This document shows, piece by piece, positions 1 through 11,396 of a stretch of 64,000 nucleotides of DNA. Both the position numbers and the translations under genes were made by a program. Each line of letters starts with the position of its first letter. The stretch's first letter is position 1. The stretch comes from Lentisphaeria bacterium (lineage in GTDB: Bacteria; Verrucomicrobiota; Lentisphaeria; JABSQK01; JAWLHB01): positions 62,001 to 126,000 of the forward strand of contig JAWLHB010000016.1 in NCBI GenBank assembly GCA_041690595.1. Direction: 5' to 3'. Below the pieces are notes generated by a model, which searched no databases, was not told the DNA's origin, and saw only the letters and a program-made list of their open reading frames with translations.

Positions 1-2035
1 CGGCCTCGCCAAAAGCGCCGGCATGCGCTACATGGTCCTCACTACCCGCCATCACGACGGCTTCTGCCTCTTCGACACCGCCACAACCACCTTCAACAGC
101 GTACGCACCGCCGCTCGACGCGACCTCGTCGCCGAGTACGTGGCTGCCTGTCGCGAAGCTGGGCTGCGGGTCGGGCTCTACTACTCCATCATGAGCTGGC
201 AGCACCCCGCCATCTATACCGGCCCCGGCGCTGATCCCAAGGGCTGGAAGATCATGGTCGACGAGACCCACGACCAGGTCCGCGAGCTGATGACCAACTA
301 CGGCAAGATCGACATCCTCTGGTATGACGGCGCCGCCGTCCCAGGCATCCAGGACAATGGCATGCAGGCGCGATTCTGGCGCTCGCGCGACCTCAACGCC
401 ATGGTCAAGCAGCTCCAGCCGGAGATCCTCATCAACCCACGCTCCGGACTCCCCGCGGATTTCGATACCCCCGAGCAGCACGTCAAGCCCCCCCGCCCCG
501 GCCGTCGCTGGGAAGCCTGTATCACCATCAACCGCAGCTGGGGCTACAACATCCACGACCGCGACTTCAAGTCCCCCGCCGAAATCGTCAAGTGTCTCAT
601 TCGCTGTGCCCGCCATGGCGGCAACCTCCTCCTCAACATCGGCCCCCGCGGCGATGGCTCCATCCAACCCGAGTGCATCACCCGCCTGCAGGCAGTTGGG
701 CAGTGGCTCAAGACCAACGGCGAGGCCATCTACGGCGCCCGCCGCACCCCCTACACCGAAGCCAATCATGCCGCCGGCCCATTCACCACCAACGGCAAGC
801 GCCTCTACCTCCATCTCGCCAGCTATCCCGGTCCCGACCTGCGAATTGACGGCATTCGCACCGTCACCGCGGCGCGGTTGCTCGCCGATGGCACCCCCCT
901 CCACGTCGTCAACGAGCGGCCCCTTCGCCTCACGGGACTCACCCGCTCCATGATCGGCGACCTGCCCACCGTCCTCGCGCTCGATCTGCCGGCCGCTCCC
1001 GGAACCCCAGCCCGCCTCCTGGGTGGCGGCGACGAGCCCCGCATCACCGCCGGCAATGCTCCCGTTCTCGGTGACGATCCCGACCGCCACGCACCTCCCA
1101 TGGTTCCGGTCCTCACCGGCGAGGCCCTCGCCCCCCTGCTCCGCCAACGCCCGCCACACCGCCTCACCACCAGCGACGCGTGGTGCCCCGGATGGCATGG
1201 ACAGCAGCTCTATACCCCACAGGCCGGCCAACGCCTCCAACTCACCCTCGATGTTCCCGTTCTCGGCCGCTATGACCTGAACCTCGGCGTCATCACCCGC
1301 ACCGCCCGCCAGGTGACCATCGCCGTTGACGGCACCGAGCTTCCCCCCATACGCCTGCAAAACGGCGTACCCGACACCCTCGGCCTCACCAATCTGCGCC
1401 TGACCAGTGGCCGGCGGCGCCTCACCATCTCCGCCCAGGGAGAGTTCGGCATTTACGCCCTTCGCCTCTCCCCCGTCTGGCGCCCCCTCCCATCCGAACT
1501 CTGGTTGACCATTGGACCCTTCCCCACCGCCTTCGGCCAGCAACGGCCGGTGAGCGATGTCCTCGCCGCCATGCGCCGCGTCTTCCCGCCCGAGCGCGAG
1601 TTCCTCCCCGATGCCGTCTACACCGGCGATGGAAACAGCCCGGTACGATGGCAGCACAGCCGCGCTCGACGCGGCGAGCACACCGATTGCGGCGTCAACT
1701 TCCCCTACCGATGCGGTACCCAGCGAAGCGGCGTCTGCTATGCCCGCGCCATCGTCACCTCTCCCGACGAGCGGACCGCCACCGTCCTGATCGGCTGCGA
1801 CTGGTGGGCAAGCCTCTGGGTCAACGGTCGCCGCGTGCGAAGCGAACGTCCCGCCGCCGCCTGCGCCATCGACGGCGCCCAGTTCAACACCTGGAAGCCC
1901 ATTCCCGCCCGTATCCACCTCCGTCAGGGCGACAACATCTTCCTCGTCAAGTCCCATCGTGGCAGCAACGCCAACTGGTTCTCCTGTCGCCTCACCGACC
2001 CCGGCGACCTCTCCCTCGACATCCCCCCAGGCTAA
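1..2035 (+). CDS. GH29 alpha-L-fucosidase with C-terminal beta-sandwich (CBM/PA14-like) domains; 5' end lies before the window
   Basis: GH29 motifs YMVLTTRHHDGFCLFDT, GLRVGLYYS, ILWYDG, WEACITIN.SWGY and GGNLLLNIGP. The frame is open to the window edge upstream of ATG 23. A C-terminal GVCYA...LWVNG...GDNIFLVK module follows. Confidence 0.9.
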   Translation, partial: GLAKSAGMRYMVLTTRHHDGFCLFDTATTTFNSVRTAARRDLVAEYVAACREAGLRVGLYYSIMSWQHPAIYTGPGADPKGWKIMVDETHDQVRELMTNYGKIDILWYDGAAVPGIQDNGMQARFWRSRDLNAMVKQLQPEILINPRSGLPADFDTPEQHVKPPRPGRRWEACITINRSWGYNIHDRDFKSPAEIVKCLIRCARHGGNLLLNIGPRGDGSIQPECITRLQAVGQWLKTNGEAIYGARRTPYTEANHAAGPFTTNGKRLYLHLASYPGPDLRIDGIRTVTAARLLADGTPLHVVNERPLRLTGLTRSMIGDLPTVLALDLPAAPGTPARLLGGGDEPRITAGNAPVLGDDPDRHAPPMVPVLTGEALAPLLRQRPPHRLTTSDAWCPGWHGQQLYTPQAGQRLQLTLDVPVLGRYDLNLGVITRTARQVTIAVDGTELPPIRLQNGVPDTLGLTNLRLTSGRRRLTISAQGEFGIYALRLSPVWRPLPSELWLTIGPFPTAFGQQRPVSDVLAAMRRVFPPEREFLPDAVYTGDGNSPVRWQHSRARRGEHTDCGVNFPYRCGTQRSGVCYARAIVTSPDERTATVLIGCDWWASLWVNGRRVRSERPAAACAIDGAQFNTWKPIPARIHLRQGDNIFLVKSHRGSNANWFSCRLTDPGDLSLDIPPG

Positions 2036-2125
2036 CCTGTCAAGTCCTGAAGATAAGTCATTTCCCAGCTTCCCATCCTGCTATCGCAACTTGCACCTGC
2101 CGCTCCACGCCACCCCTGTACCGAT

Positions 2126-2173
2126 GGGTCTGGGGAGGTGCGCCTCCCCAGCGGGGTCCGGGGCAGCGCCCCG
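2126..2173. repeat. REP-like double hairpin between convergent genes
   Basis: ctggggagg-tgcg-cctccccag (2130-2151) followed by cggggc-agc-gccccg (2159-2173). Confidence 0.55.
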
Positions 2174-2195
2174 CTTCCGTCTCCGCCCCTCCGCC

Positions 2196-4787
2196 TCACT
2201 GCGAGGCGGTTCGCGCCTTCGGATAGCCGTCGCTCAGCGCGCTTGCCGGCGTCACCACCGCACCATCCTCGAGCCGAATGCAGACAGGCTCGCTACGCGC
2301 CATGACCGGGTGCGGCTGATTGTCCGGCTTCAGGACCGCGGCCCAGACGGACGGATCGCCGGGAACCGGGCGGAGATTCGCGAACGTTCCATCCACCGCA
2401 TCATGCTGCCAGGTGGAGCGGATGCCCGGCTCGGACGTGAACGCATCCATGATCGTGAAGCCTTCGATCGCATCGCCCCCGCCCCAGCCCGTGTAATAGG
2501 GCGACACGGGTTCACGACTTCCGGGAATCATCTCCCGGCGACTAAGAACCCCCACGATCATCTCCAGCGCTCCAGACTGAGGATCATCGTCGCGCCAGCG
2601 CATCGCCACCGAACAGAACGCTGTGATCGGCCCCGGAATGCCCAGTTTGAGATTCCCGTGCTGATGGATCGTGGCACCGTCGACGGTCAGGCTGCGCAGC
2701 TCCGTCGCCTCATCGAAACCACCGCTCGGCTCCTGCGCCGCCAGAAAATACGGCACGAAACAGCGCATCCGCTCCGGCATCTGGCTCACATCCGAAACCG
2801 CCGACTGCACGTCACCAAGCAGCAGCGTATTCCATGGCTCCGATACCTTCATGATCAGGCAGCCCCCCGCCGCGATCGGCCTCATCACCAGTTCCTTGGA
2901 GACCCGCGGCGCGTCGTCCGTACCGGGCGTGCTCGTGCCGATCGGGCTCCCATCCGGCGCATACCAACGATCCTCATCGTAAGCGTAGGTCGCGGCACAG
3001 ATCCGCTCCGGAAAATCGGACGTATAGGAGCGCGGATTCCAGATGAAACCAATGTAGGTGCGCCCATCGCTGCCCGTCCCCACGCGCAAATCCGAAAGGT
3101 ACATCCGCCAGTCGTCGTCCGGCGCGCTGAAGACATCGCTCCGCTTGACCGCGCCGCTTTCGGGATCGAAGATGACCACGATGGCGTGATGGCCGAAACG
3201 AACATCCAGGCTGTTGCCCCGCACATGCATCACCACATTGCCATCCGGCAGCAGCGCCACGTTGGGATAGGACCATCGGGAGGTCGAGTGCCCCACGATG
3301 AAGGTGGCAGGCTCCTCCTCCAGATCACCATTCGGAAAGTAGTCGCAGCGTATACCCCGCTCGTTGTGGCCACCGGAACCCACCAGGATGCCGCCGCCCA
3401 CCTCGAGGACAAAGCCGCCCGCATGATTGATGTCCTGCTGCCGGATCCCCCGTTCTACCTGTCGCCACCTTTCGCTGCCGTCGGCCTCCAGCCGCCCGAT
3501 GAAGCGCGTATCACTGCCGATGGCGGCCGTGTACGCATACATCGCATCTCCCGAGCGAACCAGCCGCGGGGCGCTGTAGCCATCCTTCACGTCTCCGATC
3601 ACCGGCCGATCCCGAAGGCCCGACAGGCAGTAGAACCGGCGCACTTTCGCCGAGCCCTCGAAGCTTACCCGGTAGCGTCCCGGCGGCAGCAGCTCCGACC
3701 ATTGTGCGGCATTCGAAAAGGTGCGCACGAAGCTCGACCGTCCGAAGATGTCAGCGTTATGCACCTCCATATGCGCCGGCCACTCCTGCGACTCGCCTCC
3801 GCATCGGGTCAGAAGAAAGGTCACCTCCTCGCCCCGGTCCTCCAGGGCGAGCACCGCGCCCGCCGCGAGCGCCGTGGGAGCCGTCAGGTCAATGAAGATC
3901 GCGTGTCGATCGATCTGGTGAAAGTCCGCGGATTCCCGGTAGATGGACCCTTGATCCGGCAATGTCGCCGTCGCCGGCCACCAGGACGCCGCATCTGCTT
4001 TCACCTCCTCCGCGCTCAAGGCAGCGCTGCACGCAAAGAAATTCGCCAGCCACCCCTGCCAGCCGAGGCGACCGGTCGTCCGGCAATTCGGCCCGATCGC
4101 GCTGCTGCCAGTCGTGAAGGTTCCCGCCGGCTGCCAGGTGCCCTTCGCGTCCAGCACACCGTCGATATACAGCGCCCACTCACTCCCATCACCCGTGGCC
4201 GACTCCGCTTGCGTGAAAACCACCCGATGCGACCAACCATCGTCCAGCCATTCCGTCCGGTTACCCTCAGTATCCAACAGCACCTGACCGGCATCATTTC
4301 GGATGTACACGCTCAACTTTCCTCCCCGCGTCACCGACAGCATGAAGCACGCCTGAGCTTCGTCAACACTCGTTTCAGCGAAGATGACCTGCTCGGCCCC
4401 CGTCAGATCCGAATCCACCGTGATACCGAGCGAGAAGCCGGCGCTCCCCAGGAGCTTGAGTTGACTGGTCCGGATCGTCGATGTCCGCCCATGAAAACGG
4501 GTGCTGCGCGAATCCGCGGCCAGACCGAGCCGCCTCTCGCTCGCCTCCGTCCCCTCCGCCTGCCACGCCAGCCCTTTCGTGTCATCAGGGCCATTCTTGA
4601 GCGGCAAGTGGCTCACCAAGTGCGGGAGCTGCCGGAGGAATGCATCATGAACCCCCTCGACACTGCCGATTTCTGGCTGATGCGGCTTGCGCAGGCTGAC
4701 AGCTATCGCCGCCATACTCGCGATAAGGACAACCAGTACAACCAGAACAACTGCCAGCCTCAAGATATTTCTTAAGCGCATCGTCAT
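2196..4787 (-). CDS. Membrane-anchored or secreted protein with LamG-like domain and BNR/beta-propeller-like C-terminal region
   Basis: N-terminal TM helix (LAVVLVVLVVLIASMAAIAV), LamG-like DDGWSHRVV...ALYIDGVL, and BNR_4-like NH...GGH / WSYPNV / Y...G.DG...I segments. GAGGAGAG RBS supports a start at 4787 or 4781. Confidence 0.65.
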   Translation of the reverse strand: MTMRLRNILRLAVVLVVLVVLIASMAAIAVSLRKPHQPEIGSVEGVHDAFLRQLPHLVSHLPLKNGPDDTKGLAWQAEGTEASERRLGLAADSRSTRFHGRTSTIRTSQLKLLGSAGFSLGITVDSDLTGAEQVIFAETSVDEAQACFMLSVTRGGKLSVYIRNDAGQVLLDTEGNRTEWLDDGWSHRVVFTQAESATGDGSEWALYIDGVLDAKGTWQPAGTFTTGSSAIGPNCRTTGRLGWQGWLANFFACSAALSAEEVKADAASWWPATATLPDQGSIYRESADFHQIDRHAIFIDLTAPTALAAGAVLALEDRGEEVTFLLTRCGGESQEWPAHMEVHNADIFGRSSFVRTFSNAAQWSELLPPGRYRVSFEGSAKVRRFYCLSGLRDRPVIGDVKDGYSAPRLVRSGDAMYAYTAAIGSDTRFIGRLEADGSERWRQVERGIRQQDINHAGGFVLEVGGGILVGSGGHNERGIRCDYFPNGDLEEEPATFIVGHSTSRWSYPNVALLPDGNVVMHVRGNSLDVRFGHHAIVVIFDPESGAVKRSDVFSAPDDDWRMYLSDLRVGTGSDGRTYIGFIWNPRSYTSDFPERICAATYAYDEDRWYAPDGSPIGTSTPGTDDAPRVSKELVMRPIAAGGCLIMKVSEPWNTLLLGDVQSAVSDVSQMPERMRCFVPYFLAAQEPSGGFDEATELRSLTVDGATIHQHGNLKLGIPGPITAFCSVAMRWRDDDPQSGALEMIVGVLSRREMIPGSREPVSPYYTGWGGGDAIEGFTIMDAFTSEPGIRSTWQHDAVDGTFANLRPVPGDPSVWAAVLKPDNQPHPVMARSEPVCIRLEDGAVVTPASALSDGYPKARTASQ

Positions 4788-5069
4788 CTCTCCTCGCGCA
4801 GAATGAAGGTCAGCGTCAAGAGCAGGGGCCAGGCGGCAGGCTGAGGTATAGTCATGGGATACTTCCATCCATGGTGCTGTTGAATGTCATGATCGGGGTG
4901 CAAGCAGGCATCCCTACTTGTACCACCAGTAGGGCGCCTGATGCTGCTCAACCTGCTTCTTCTTGCCTGACGCAAGGTAAAGAAAGTCGCCAAAGGCAAT
5001 GCGGATTTTTGGACGAGGACGTAATTCGGCACTGAGACTGGCGTCAAAGATCTCTCCGTGACACCTGCA

Positions 5070-5142
5070 GGCTAAGCCTCGACAGGACCGGCAATGTGGG
5101 AGTCTTAATCCGGCCATTGCCGGACATTCTTCTTCATAAGTC
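5070..5142 (-). repeat. Dispersed repeat (MITE/IS-end-like), inverted copy of 19304-19378
   Basis: Reverse complement gacttatgaagaagaatgtccggcaatggccggatt...cacattgccggtcctgtcgaggct aligns with gacttatgaataagaatgtccgagcaacggccggatg...cactttgtcgggcatgtcgaggct at 19304. Confidence 0.8.
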
Positions 5143-5282
5143 CAAACTCAATTGGATGTTGCCGCAGCGACATCCATCACCTTTCCATCAACCCGGGACA
5201 GGTACTTCTCGCCTCGAGGGGAGAGGTGCTCAGCTTGCCCCAGCTCTCAGGACCTGCGCGGAAAGGCTTCCGCCGCGCGGTA

Positions 5283-6011
5283 CTAGTCCAGGGGTGCGCC
5301 GAAGGAGTAGCGATAGCCGAGGCCGATGACGTTTGTGCCGCCCACGTCGAAGATATGACCGCCGGAATGATGGTGGATGAAGAGCGTGAGCTGATGCTGG
5401 GGGTAAGCGGGAAGGGCAAAGGCGAGTTCGATGGGCCAGTAGAATTTGAGGTGCGACCGGTCGCGATCGGGGTGTCGCTGGCGCTCGTACTCGGTGACCC
5501 TCTCGGTGTAGGTAAGGCCCAAGCCGGTTTCGAAGTTGGTATAGAGGAAGCTGTTCCATGGGAAATCGCGCCAGCGCAGGGTCAGCCCGGCGTTGTAACC
5601 GAAGAAGGTGCCCTTTTCCTCTTCATCGAAGATGGTGAGAACCATGGGGAGATTGAGCTGCGGGTGGAAGACGCTGTCGCCGACCTGCCAGTCAAATTCG
5701 TGCAGGGTGTAAGTAGCGCCGATCAGGTACATGTCGCCTTCTCCTTCCTGCCCCTCGGCACGGCTGATGTCACCAGTCGCGATTCTATCGATGCTGTCGT
5801 CGAGAATCGCCCCCACACCGAGGTGCAGCGACCAGCGATCCTTATTGGTCAGATCGCCCAGGCTCTCCGAGAGCGTCAGGCGCTCCCGCGACGTCAGTTC
5901 AGGAGCATCGACGGCGAAAGCGACTCCGTTCCAGAAGAAAAGGCCAAAGAGACAGGCACAGCAGACGATGGCGCCTCGGCGCAAGAAGAGCTTGAACATG
6001 ATCATCCCCAT
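5283..6011 (-). CDS. Outer-membrane beta-barrel, lipid A 3-O-deacylase (PagL)/acyloxyacyl-hydrolase-like
   Basis: Signal peptide (..GVAFA), alternating amphipathic strands, and a PagL-like C-terminus IHHHSGGH...GGTNVIGLGYRYSF. Confidence 0.6.
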   Translation of the reverse strand: MGMIMFKLFLRRGAIVCCACLFGLFFWNGVAFAVDAPELTSRERLTLSESLGDLTNKDRWSLHLGVGAILDDSIDRIATGDISRAEGQEGEGDMYLIGATYTLHEFDWQVGDSVFHPQLNLPMVLTIFDEEEKGTFFGYNAGLTLRWRDFPWNSFLYTNFETGLGLTYTERVTEYERQRHPDRDRSHLKFYWPIELAFALPAYPQHQLTLFIHHHSGGHIFDVGGTNVIGLGYRYSFGAPLD

Positions 6012-6241
6012 TGAATTATCCCTTTAAGATGTCCCACCGGCCGCAATTTACACCAGAACTACCGATAGGCAATCTCTTCTGGATCATCTTCGGATCCGGC
6101 GCGATTGGCGTGATATCACGTTCTGATAATGAAAATCACACTTTCGCCTCTTTAGAAGGCGGCCAGCCATGATATCTTGTGAAGTCACCGATGGTGCGTC
6201 AATCAAAGAATGATAACCGAGTAACGGAGCGCGGATAGAAC

Positions 6242-7591
<1,350 letters not shown>

Positions 7592-7601
7592 GGCGACCCG
7601 G

Positions 7602-10600
7602 TCAGTAGCGGAAGACGAGGATACGGCCGTCGCGGTGAGGGAGATCGATCCTGAAGGACGCGCGGCCGTTTTCCCATTCCCATTCGAGCGGGTCGCCGCT
7701 GCCATTGTAGGCCGTGGCCGGGCGACGGGGAAGCTCCAGAGAGACCGACAGGTCGTTCGTGGCGGCTTCGTGGCAGTTGATGAGGAAGAGGACGGTCTGG
7801 TCCGGTCCGTCGTTGACGAAGGTCATGACGCGGGAGCGGCTGAGGGTGAGGTGGCGGCGGGCGCCGGCCTGCTCGGCGGCGACGGCAACGAGGCGGCGAA
7901 TCGCCGCGGCGTCCGGCGGCTCGGCGCTGTCACGGCCATAGCCGCTGGTGAGCGGATGGACGGGGCCGCCGAAGAGCCAGGCGTAACCTTTGCCGGCCCG
8001 GTGGCGGATGAAGGCGGGCGCGCCATCGTCGAAGGTGGCGAGCAGCTCGACGCCGTCGGTGAGCTGCCAGTTGGGCTTGATGGGGCCGGAGCGGAAGCGG
8101 ACCGGGGAGAGCCCTTCCAGGCCGGCGGCAACCTGAATCATCTCACCAGCTTCGGGATCGTCGACCCGCTTGAGATCCTCGATGTGACGCGGCTGGCGCA
8201 AGCCGAAGATGTCATTCATGAGGTCGGCGGGCTGGTCGTACTCCTGGCGCGCCATGGCGGCATGGTTGCCCCAGATGGTGCCCCCCTTCCGCACCCAGTC
8301 GCGGATGGTTTTCTGTACCCGGCTGTCGACGTGCAGATCGCCGACATAGAGGACCTTGTAGCGGTCGAGGGCGTCCGGCTCCTCCAGGAGTTCTTCTTCG
8401 CTGAGAATCTCGACGGGGATTTGCGAATCCTGGAGAGCGGCGAAGAGGGCGGCGCGGTCGCCCATGGGATAGCCGAGGGGGTTATGGGTGATGTAGGGGT
8501 GATTGATGTCGCTGGTGACGGCCATGAGGATGGCCGCATCGGCCGGGCGGGGGCGGGTGGCGACGATATCGTCTTCGCAACGGGCGGTGGTGCTGAGGAC
8601 GTCGGACCACATGCGCATGGTGGCTTCGTCATCCGCCCACGGTGGGCCGATGACGCGCAGGGGGCCGTAGAGATAGGAGAGGAAGACTCGCGCGCCGTTG
8701 GCCAGCGCCGCGTAGTAGCGCTGGCTCATGTTGCCGCCGACGATGAGGAGGCCGAGCTGCTGGTCGTGCTTGCGAGCGGCGGACTGGAGGGTGCGGAAGC
8801 CGTAGGCGACGCGATAGGGGTGCTGAATCCAGTCTTCGATGAGGAGGGTGTCGGTGGTACCGTGGCGAGCCCACTCGAAGAGGTTGAGGGCGCCATCCCA
8901 CATCTGCGTGCGCATGATCGGCAGGGCCTGGAAATTGGGGCTGGCATAGGGCATGGTGTGGAAGCTGCCCTGATCCGCGAGGCGGCGAATTTCGCGATGT
9001 CCGGCGGCGTAGAGTTCGCAGGTGTAGAGGCCGCGGAACTTCTGCGACCAGTGATAGAGGCGCTTTTCGTGGAGGCTGGATTCGGTGGAGGCGTGAGCGG
9101 TGCGTTCGGCGGCCTGGCGCTCGCCCTCGGCGTCCATCATGGCAGTCACCAGCTCGTCTGCCTGGGGGATGAAGGCGGCGTCGAGTTCGCTCTCCGGCAA
9201 GCTGGGAGCGCCGGCCATGGCGGGATCCTCTATCTCTTCGCCCTGCGCGAGCTTGATGGCGTTGACGAGGGTGCCCAGTTCGCTGGTCGGGCTGACCTCC
9301 TTGTACCAGAGGGCGTCGACCTCCTGCCAGGTGGTCTTGCCGAAGAAGTCCGGGCTCAGCCCCTGCTCGCGCAAGTACTCATGGAACCATCCCTTGATGA
9401 GGGGCAGTTGGTTGATGAGGGGGGGATTGGTGGCGGGGCCAATCTCGTCTCCCATGATGAGGAGGCGGAGGCGGGGCGTTTCGTGGCGCCAGCGGGGGCC
9501 TTCCGGGGAATAGGTGGCGCGGGCGCCTTCGGCAAAGAGAGTGCGCACCGTCTCGGCGGCGGTCGTGCCTTCGGGCGGGGCGGCGGGCCAGGCGGGATAA
9601 TCGAGCTTGGGGTACCAGTGATGGGTGGTTGCCCAGTTCAGGCCGAGTGAATCGCTGAGCTGCCAGTAGGTGTCGTCCGCGAGGGGGGTGCGCACTTCGG
9701 CGCCGTTGAAGCCGAGGGCGGCGCAGGTGCGCAGGATGTACTCCGTCTCGAGGGCGCTGACGGCGGTCGCCATGGTGGTAATCAGGATCTTCTCCGGGCG
9801 CTTCTTCACCTCGAGTCCGAGCTGCTGTACGCGCTGGTAGCGATCTTCGGCCCATTGGCCGAAGGTTCTGGTCTGGCTCAGGGTAGTGGCGAGATCGAGG
9901 CGCCTGGGCATGAGGATATTGAGTCCGGGAAAGGCTTCGGTGGACTCGGTTCCGGAGCGAAAGACACGCGAGGGATGGGGGCGGGTGGCGAATTCGAAGC
10001 GATAGGTGCAGTCGGGGAGCGCGCGACCGTGGCCCTGGGGCATGACCTGGATATTGGCCCACCAGGTGATCTGGGTCGAGGTGAGCATCTCGATCCAGGG
10101 GGTCCATTCGTCCACGATCAGGTAGTTGTCGGGGGTACGCCGGGCAATCTCCATGTCGGTGGCGGTGGGCGCCACGAGGTCGCGGAAGAGATAGCCGGCA
10201 TACTCACCTTGGGGACCGTGGGTGCTCCATGGCTGAATGACGCAGAAGGGGGCGACGTAGAAGCGCTCTACCGGGGCCTTGGCGATGGCGAAGCGCATGT
10301 AGACGGGGCCGCTGAAGTCGCGAATGTCCGGGAGGTAATGGGGATCGCGGGTGAAGACAAGGCAATCGACGCCGGTGGCAGCGTCGAGGGTGATGGCGAT
10401 GGGCAGCTCGCCGGCGGGCAGGTCGAGGCGCGTGCGCGTATAGCGGAAGGTGGCGCCGGGCGACTGATCCTCGCCGCAGGCAAAGGTCTGCTCGCCGACG
10501 CTGACGTTGAAGGGGCGGAAGTGTGCCTGGATGCGCTTCGGATCGAGGGTGGCGCCGTAGTAGACATACTGGGTGACGGGATAGCGCACATGAAGATACC

Positions 10601-11396
10601 AGGGCCCGGCCTCCGGCAGGTGCACGGTTCCGCGCCAGGTGTGCGGATAGTCGGTGTGGGCGGGAGCGCGCCAGGGGTAGTCCGAGGCCATGTAGTAACC
10701 GCCGCTGGCGCCGGAGGGATTGGCGGCGAGGGCGTGGGAACGGACGTCGGGGGTGGCGCGGTGATTGAAGCCATCATGGCCGTTGTCGTCGATCAGGTAT
10801 TCGGCTTCGATGACGATGAGGCGGTCGAAGAAGGAGGCGGGGTCGGGCTCGTCGACGGGGGGAGAATCGGGTTTGGTTTCCTCCGGTTGGAGCTCGACGG
10901 CGAGGGGCGCGGTCAGTTCCAGGAGGGGTGGTTGGGGGAGCGGGGGCAGCGGCTCGTTGCCTTGGTAGCCGTAATAGAGAAAGAGGCGGGGCTGCTTGTC
11001 GGCGTCAAACAGGGCATCCTGGCCGAGGGGCAGTCTGCACCAGATATAGCTGGTGCCGTCGTCCTGGCCGAAGTGGATGACGCCAGCCTCGAGGGGCTCG
11101 CGATCGGGTCCCAGGATGCGAATGTCCGTACCTCCTTCGCGCAGCCGCCCCAGGTTGTAGAGGAAGAGCGGCTCGGGTGCCGCCAGGCGGACGTATGCCG
11201 ACCGGCGGAGCTTGACGGCGGGATCGACGATGGAGAGACGGCGGCGAAAGCGCCAGTCGTCGTGCCACCAGCTGTCGTTCGCGGCAAAGATCGCGTCGTC
11301 GAGTTCATCGAGAAGATCGGGCTCCTGAGCGAAAGGCTTGGTTGCGGGGAGCAGCCAGACCAGCATGAGGAGCAGCCGCAGCCAGTGGGGGATCAT
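7602..11396 (-). CDS. Large secreted multidomain protein: DUF2341-like N-terminus, CBM-like sandwich, TIM-barrel-like core, GH42-type trimerisation-like C-terminus
   Basis: Signal peptide from ATG 11396, which overlaps the upstream stop. Motifs WWHDDWRFRRRLSI...DIRIL...LYYG, IVIEAE, MGDEIG, and IPVEILSEE...YKVLYV...DWVRKGGTIW. Confidence 0.6.
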   Translation of the reverse strand: MIPHWLRLLLMLVWLLPATKPFAQEPDLLDELDDAIFAANDSWWHDDWRFRRRLSIVDPAVKLRRSAYVRLAAPEPLFLYNLGRLREGGTDIRILGPDREPLEAGVIHFGQDDGTSYIWCRLPLGQDALFDADKQPRLFLYYGYQGNEPLPPLPQPPLLELTAPLAVELQPEETKPDSPPVDEPDPASFFDRLIVIEAEYLIDDNGHDGFNHRATPDVRSHALAANPSGASGGYYMASDYPWRAPAHTDYPHTWRGTVHLPEAGPWYLHVRYPVTQYVYYGATLDPKRIQAHFRPFNVSVGEQTFACGEDQSPGATFRYTRTRLDLPAGELPIAITLDAATGVDCLVFTRDPHYLPDIRDFSGPVYMRFAIAKAPVERFYVAPFCVIQPWSTHGPQGEYAGYLFRDLVAPTATDMEIARRTPDNYLIVDEWTPWIEMLTSTQITWWANIQVMPQGHGRALPDCTYRFEFATRPHPSRVFRSGTESTEAFPGLNILMPRRLDLATTLSQTRTFGQWAEDRYQRVQQLGLEVKKRPEKILITTMATAVSALETEYILRTCAALGFNGAEVRTPLADDTYWQLSDSLGLNWATTHHWYPKLDYPAWPAAPPEGTTAAETVRTLFAEGARATYSPEGPRWRHETPRLRLLIMGDEIGPATNPPLINQLPLIKGWFHEYLREQGLSPDFFGKTTWQEVDALWYKEVSPTSELGTLVNAIKLAQGEEIEDPAMAGAPSLPESELDAAFIPQADELVTAMMDAEGERQAAERTAHASTESSLHEKRLYHWSQKFRGLYTCELYAAGHREIRRLADQGSFHTMPYASPNFQALPIMRTQMWDGALNLFEWARHGTTDTLLIEDWIQHPYRVAYGFRTLQSAARKHDQQLGLLIVGGNMSQRYYAALANGARVFLSYLYGPLRVIGPPWADDEATMRMWSDVLSTTARCEDDIVATRPRPADAAILMAVTSDINHPYITHNPLGYPMGDRAALFAALQDSQIPVEILSEEELLEEPDALDRYKVLYVGDLHVDSRVQKTIRDWVRKGGTIWGNHAAMARQEYDQPADLMNDIFGLRQPRHIEDLKRVDDPEAGEMIQVAAGLEGLSPVRFRSGPIKPNWQLTDGVELLATFDDGAPAFIRHRAGKGYAWLFGGPVHPLTSGYGRDSAEPPDAAAIRRLVAVAAEQAGARRHLTLSRSRVMTFVNDGPDQTVLFLINCHEAATNDLSVSLELPRRPATAYNGSGDPLEWEWENGRASFRIDLPHRDGRILVFRY

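Noticed and set aside
1959..4775. 938-aa plus-strand ORF, and similar long ORFs at 7635-9650, 9855-11456, 35581-37410, 39063-41480, 47981-49807 and 60064-63315
   Set aside because: These are antisense shadows of real genes. They are Arg/Gly/His-rich with no motifs, as expected at high GC3.
4784..5117. Small ORFs of 67 and 87 aa
   Set aside because: They have no recognisable motifs. One overlaps the dispersed repeat, and both sit in the probable promoter region of the LamG/BNR gene.
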